From the IMG/VR virus record IMGVR_UViG_3300042566_001028, positions 1 through 64,000 of that record: 64,000 nt of DNA; one strand, 5' to 3'. The first letter of the stretch is position 1. Every line of letters begins with the position of its first letter. This document shows positions 60,850 to 64,000 of the stretch, in pieces. Both the position numbers and the translations under genes were made by a program. The notes below the pieces were generated by a model. That model saw nothing but the letters and a program-made list of their open reading frames with translations. It had not been told where the DNA came from and searched no databases. The DNA comes from a virus (lineage: Duplodnaviria; Caudoviricetes).

Positions 60850-61760
60850 AACCGAAAGAAAGTTCTTTAAAAGATTGAAAATATTTTACATAGTGAGTTC
60901 GTCTCACATAGTAAACAACCGCCGCCTATGGTGGTTAAATAAACTACGAAAGTAGGATAAAGTGGATGTATTAAGTGATACATCTGCGGCTACTCTCCCC
61001 GTAAGGAGAGACTAGCTTGAGTAGGCAAGTGGGATATCATTCTCGCTAAAGTAGTTGAGGGTAACACTTTAGGCGAATAGTGGGAATGGTTGGGGTAGTA
61101 TAGATACTCCGACTGAGTTGGGAACAACAATAAGAATAACCCATAGAATATCAGTAAGAAGTGTAGACTTAATCCCTCTACATCATTGCGGTATTCAGTT
61201 TCAAAGTTATCTTAACATCAAGCCATCCGAAAGGACGCAAGATAAGATAGTGTACAAGTGGTGTTGTTACCATCCTTATATAGAGTTTGCCAAAACCTAT
61301 ATTTGAAGATGACTTAAAAAACCGCAGTAGGGATATTGCATCGGGTAGTTTAGTATTCTCTCGTTCAAAAGATGAGGGAGCTAGTGGTAAACCACTACCT
61401 GAATAATTCTATAAACTAAAACTCAATTTTGAATAGCATTTTCAAAAAATACAATTTAAAAATTAAGCTTAAGTGTTTACCAGTTGCAGATGAAAGGTGT
61501 GTACATAGTTAAGAGTTGTTCTTAGCCACGATACCTCCGCAAGAGGTCTGTGATTCTACCGAAAGGTTTCTAATTCCGCAAGAACTAATCAGGCTGCGAG
61601 GCTTGAAGAAAATGATTAAGTAGAGAGTAATCGGCAACTTAAAGACTGATAGTCTAAAATCATCCACATTGAATTGGTACTACTCAAAAGGTAGTGGAAA
61701 CGGAAGGAAACAAATAATCTTTCTAAAGCTGGTTCACCAAATAGAGTATTCTCATCTATT
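60850..61760 (+). ncRNA. large structured ncRNA, GOLLD-like
   Basis: ~900 nt, higher GC, no credible ORF, many GNRA-capped hairpins (CTAC-GAAA-GTAG, TCC-GAAA-GGA, ACC-GAAA-GGT, GCAA and GTAA loops), lies among tRNAs; family assignment inferred, boundaries approximate. Confidence 0.6.
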
Positions 61761-61765
61761 TATAA

Positions 61766-61837
61766 GCGGTTTTAGTGTAATAGTAGCACTCCTAGCATTC
61801 CAGTTAGGGAGAGGTGGGGCAGAACCATTTTACCGCT
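61766..61837 (+). tRNA. non-canonical tRNA-Gly-like RNA
   Basis: GCGGT/ACCGC acceptor with two mismatches, 8-nt loop CATTCCAG, T-loop GGCAGAA, no D-loop GG. Confidence 0.5.
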
Positions 61838-62166
61838 CAATACGAAGATTTTCGTGGTCTACCTTTTTGGCTGTTTCTTACTCAACAGTCGTTTCGTTTA
61901 AATTAGACCTAAAAGATAGAACGATATAATAAAATTGGAAGTAAGTGTTTTGGGGAGGATTTTGACACTAAAAATGCAATCAGAAACGATACACGATTGC
62001 CGGATTCGTAGTCGTACACTACAAGAGTTACCGCCTCCTATAAACTCTATTTTTGTGCAAAGTAATTTAATGAGGCTAGTATTAACCGGAGCATGACTTG
62101 ACGTGGCGTATTTTGAAATTGAATTACTTTTTAACATTAAACAAAAAAATTAGATATATATTAACA

Positions 62167-62256
62167 ATGAGAACTCTAACACATACACTTTGTAGTCAAC
62201 CGAATCAGATTTGGATTGGCAATTTCGTGCAGTTAGAGGATACGGATGTAGGATAA
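62167..62256 (+). CDS. putative leader peptide (29 aa)
   Basis: MRTLTHTLCSQPNQIWIGNFVQLEDTDVG*; contains attenuator segments 1 and 2. Confidence 0.5.
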   Translation: MRTLTHTLCSQPNQIWIGNFVQLEDTDVG

Positions 62257-62282
62257 AATGTAATAATTTTTGAATAATATTG

Positions 62283-62316
62283 AAAAACCTCTGACTAAAA
62301 AGTTAGGGGTTTTTTT
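62283..62316 (+). terminator. intrinsic terminator (putative attenuator) upstream of tRNA array
   Basis: AAAAACCTCTGACT-AAAA-AGTTAGGGGTTTTTTT; ends 5 nt before tRNA-Tyr. Confidence 0.75.
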
Positions 62317-62321
62317 GTTTT

Positions 62322-62403
62322 GGGAGTATCGCATAGTGGCAATTGCGGCTGACTGTAAATCAGCTCTCTTTCGAGTTCGGTGGTTCGAGTCCATCTACTC
62401 TCA
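62322..62403 (+). tRNA. tRNA-Tyr(GTA)
   Basis: GCTGA-CTGTAAA-TCAGC; long variable arm. Confidence 0.92.
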
Positions 62404-62409
62404 CAAAAT

Positions 62410-62483
62410 TCTCACTTAGCTCAGTTGGTTAGAGCGTCGCACTGTTAATGCGAAAGTCCTAAGTTCAAGTCTTAGAGTGAGAG
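62410..62483 (+). tRNA. tRNA-Asn(GTT)
   Basis: TCGCA-CTGTTAA-TGCGA. Confidence 0.92.
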
Positions 62484-62492
62484 CAAACAAAA

Positions 62493-62565
62493 GCGGATGT
62501 AGCTCAATTGGTAGAGTGCGTTCCTTCCAAGTACGAAGTTGCAGGTTCGAGCCCTGTCATCCGCT
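62493..62565 (+). tRNA. tRNA-Gly(TCC)
   Basis: CTTCCAA loop; GCGGATG/CATCCGC acceptor. Confidence 0.92.
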
Positions 62566-62645
62566 CAAACGGTTACCAATCCGGAACACGCCTGGAAGTT
62601 TAGTGTATTAGCACACCAGGAAATGGTGATAACAAAATTGGAAAT

Positions 62646-62716
62646 TGTTCGGTGGTGTAACGGTAGCACAATTGTTTTTGGTACAATTAGTTCTGGTTCG
62701 AATCCAGCCCGAATAA
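62646..62716 (+). tRNA. tRNA-Gln(TTG)
   Basis: ATTGT-TTTTGGT-ACAAT. Confidence 0.9.
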
Positions 62717-62721
62717 CATAT

Positions 62722-62790
62722 GCGTGGTAGGCTATGGCAGCCAATTGGTCTCCAAAACCAAAGGAGAGGGTTCAATTCCTTCACTGCGTG
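62722..62790 (+). tRNA. tRNA-Trp(CCA)
   Basis: TTGGT-CTCCAAA-ACCAA; short D-arm. Confidence 0.8.
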
Positions 62791-62795
62791 CAATT

Positions 62796-62868
62796 AGTTC
62801 TATGGTGTAATTGGATAGCACGAAACACTACGGATGTTTTAGTTTGGGTTCGATTCCTAATAGGACTA
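62796..62868 (+). tRNA. tRNA-Arg(ACG)
   Basis: AAACA-CTACGGA-TGTTT. Confidence 0.9.
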
Positions 62869-62874
62869 CAATAT

Positions 62875-62944
62875 GGTCAGTTTGGTCGTGGAGGCCGGTG
62901 GGACTGCAAATCTTACGGAGTTGGTTCGATTCCAACATTGACCT
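62875..62944 (+). tRNA. tRNA-Cys(GCA)
   Basis: CTGCAAA loop; U73. Confidence 0.82.
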
Positions 62945-62949
62945 CAAAT

Positions 62950-63024
62950 GGTGTTTGAAGCATTAAGGTGATGCGTCGGTTTGTGGAGCCGGATAAGACG
63001 GGTCGGTACCGTCCTTACACCCCA
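62950..63024 (+). tRNA. tRNA-His(GTG)
   Basis: G-1:C73, TTGTGGA loop, encoded CCA; atypical T-loop GTCGGTA. Confidence 0.75.
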
Positions 63025-63026
63025 AC

Positions 63027-63100
63027 ACCCGTATGGCGGAATTGGCATACGCAGTGGTCTTAGAAGCCATAAGTTACAGGTTCGACTCCTGTTACGGGTA
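63027..63100 (+). tRNA. tRNA-Leu(TAG), short variable loop
   Basis: GTGGT-CTTAGAA-GCCAT; Leu-type D-arm. Confidence 0.85.
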
Positions 63101-63106
63101 CAAATG

Positions 63107-63138
63107 TTTGGTAAAGTAAATTATTATTCGTATATTTA
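63107..63138 (+). promoter_or_regulatory. Bacteroidota-type promoter
   Basis: TTTGG 63107 and TATATTTA 63131. Confidence 0.75.
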
Positions 63139-63270
63139 ATTTATAAGGTTGATTGGGAACAAAAGTAGCCCGCTAAAACGAGTTAGTGAAAATCTAATAC
63201 GCTACTACCGGTTAGTAAAGCCAATCATAAAAGTAATCGTCCACGCACCCATCTTTTACTTTCCTTAAAT

Positions 63271-63342
63271 GCTCAGTTCGACTAAGGGTTAGGTCACATC
63301 CCTTTCACGGATGTAATACGGGTTCGAATCCCGTACTGAGTA
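63271..63342 (+). tRNA. tRNA-Glu(TTC)
   Basis: CATCC-CTTTCAC-GGATG. Confidence 0.92.
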
Positions 63343-63347
63343 CAATA

Positions 63348-63420
63348 GCCCGAGTAGCTCAGCTGGTAGAGCAACTGATTTGTAATCAGTAGGTCGTAAG
63401 TTCGATTCTTATCTTGGGCT
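63348..63420 (+). tRNA. tRNA-Thr(TGT)
   Basis: ACTGA-TTTGTAA-TCAGT. Confidence 0.93.
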
Positions 63421-63424
63421 CAAT

Positions 63425-63498
63425 GGATGGGTAGTTCAGTTGGTTAGAATGTCGGCTTGTCACGCCGAAGGTCGCGGGTTCGAGTCCCGTCCCGTCCG
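63425..63498 (+). tRNA. tRNA-Asp(GTC)
   Basis: TCGGC-TTGTCAC-GCCGA. Confidence 0.93.
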
Positions 63499-63503
63499 CA
63501 ATG

Positions 63504-63575
63504 GGTCTGTTAGTTAAATGGATATAACTTCTCACTTCTAATGAGATGTTCGTGGTTCGATTCCACGACGGACTA
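63504..63575 (+). tRNA. tRNA-Arg(TCT)
   Basis: TCTCA-CTTCTAA-TGAGA. Confidence 0.92.
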
Positions 63576-63581
63576 CAATAT

Positions 63582-63688
63582 GCCGGAGTGGCGGAATGAT
63601 AGTATGTACAACTATTAGACGTTCCCTTCCTAGGTGGGTGGTGTATCCGAAATGGACATCGTGTGAGTAACCAATCTCTCCTCCGGCA
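63582..63688 (+). ncRNA. tRNA-Leu-like RNA with D-loop hairpin insertion
   Basis: Perfect GCCGGAG/CTCCGGC-A acceptor, Leu-type TGGCGGAA...AGACG, extra hairpin, poorly paired anticodon arm, non-canonical T-loop. Confidence 0.55.
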
Positions 63689-63782
63689 CCTTATGGGCTT
63701 TGGTGATACAGCCATAAAGAGAGACAGATGTTTCTCATTCACTAAAATAGGTAGGTGACTCCACACCTGCTTATTTTCTTTC

Positions 63783-63856
63783 GGGAATGTAGCTCAGTTG
63801 GTTAGAGCAAAAAACTCATAATTTTGAGGTCACAGGTTCGAGCCCTGTCTTTCCCA
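63783..63856 (+). tRNA. tRNA-CAT (Ile2 or elongator Met)
   Basis: CTCATAA loop; G1:C72 paired. Confidence 0.85.
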
Positions 63857-63864
63857 CAAAAAGA

Positions 63865-63896
63865 TTTGGAAATATAAAAAAATAGTTGTATATTTA
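63865..63896 (+). promoter_or_regulatory. Bacteroidota-type promoter
   Basis: TTTGG 63865 and TATATTTA 63889. Confidence 0.75.
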
Positions 63897-63912
63897 TTAA
63901 AATTAGAAAATT

Positions 63913-64000
63913 ATGAATTGGTTTGTTATTTATTATGTTATCAGTATCCTTTATTGTTTTTATCAGTTAAATGTTAAATACAAAGAAAGAGGAGTTGAAT
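63913..64000 (+). CDS. hypothetical membrane protein (5' part, runs off window)
   Basis: MNWFVIYYVISILYCFYQL..., after a promoter. Confidence 0.5.
   Translation, partial: MNWFVIYYVISILYCFYQLNVKYKERGVE

Noticed and set aside
60850-61760. rRNA fragment, group I/II intron or RNase P RNA
   Set aside because: No rRNA or RNase P conserved blocks, no interrupted gene, and no intron boundary motifs recognised by eye; a covariance search is still needed.
61118-63766. ORF-track proteins within the RNA region
   Set aside because: They overlap tRNAs and structured RNA and lack the genome's codon bias.

Overview
This window is an AT-rich, almost entirely + strand segment of a large lytic dsDNA (jumbo-type) phage genome. 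The host is probably a Bacteroidota bacterium: 16 copies of a TTTG-N20-TATATTWN promoter match the Bacteroidota -33/-7 consensus, leaders are A-rich without SD, and DUF4494, Hc1-like and Oar-like TonB receptor genes are present. In order it contains: a T4-like replication/recombination block (SSB, UvsX/RecA, 5'-3' exonuclease, helicase, class II RNR, PolB, clamp, clamp loader, dUTPase) with four tandem Mom/DUF4338 GNAT-like genes; a ~12 kb glycan-modification cluster; APS kinase, IscU/ferredoxin/IscA, a TonB-dependent receptor and GroEL; probable virion-packaged proteins including an Alt-like ADP-ribosyltransferase, and a GH19 endolysin; a ~13 kb outer-membrane/secreted-protein operon built from paralogous pairs (CsgG-like, cohesin/dockerin, beta-barrel, lipoprotein) interrupted by a PlcP-like phosphoesterase/GT2 pair; and a 4 kb RNA region with tmRNA, a ~900 nt GOLLD-like RNA, 15 tRNAs, two tRNA-like RNAs and small structured modules. 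The most notable candidate new system is a 29-codon leader ORF with a complete 1:2/2:3/3:4 attenuator architecture directly upstream of a tRNA array, i.e. a possible ribosome-stalling sensor that switches on phage tRNAs. All calls come from reading motifs and base pairing by eye; no searches or folding programs were run.
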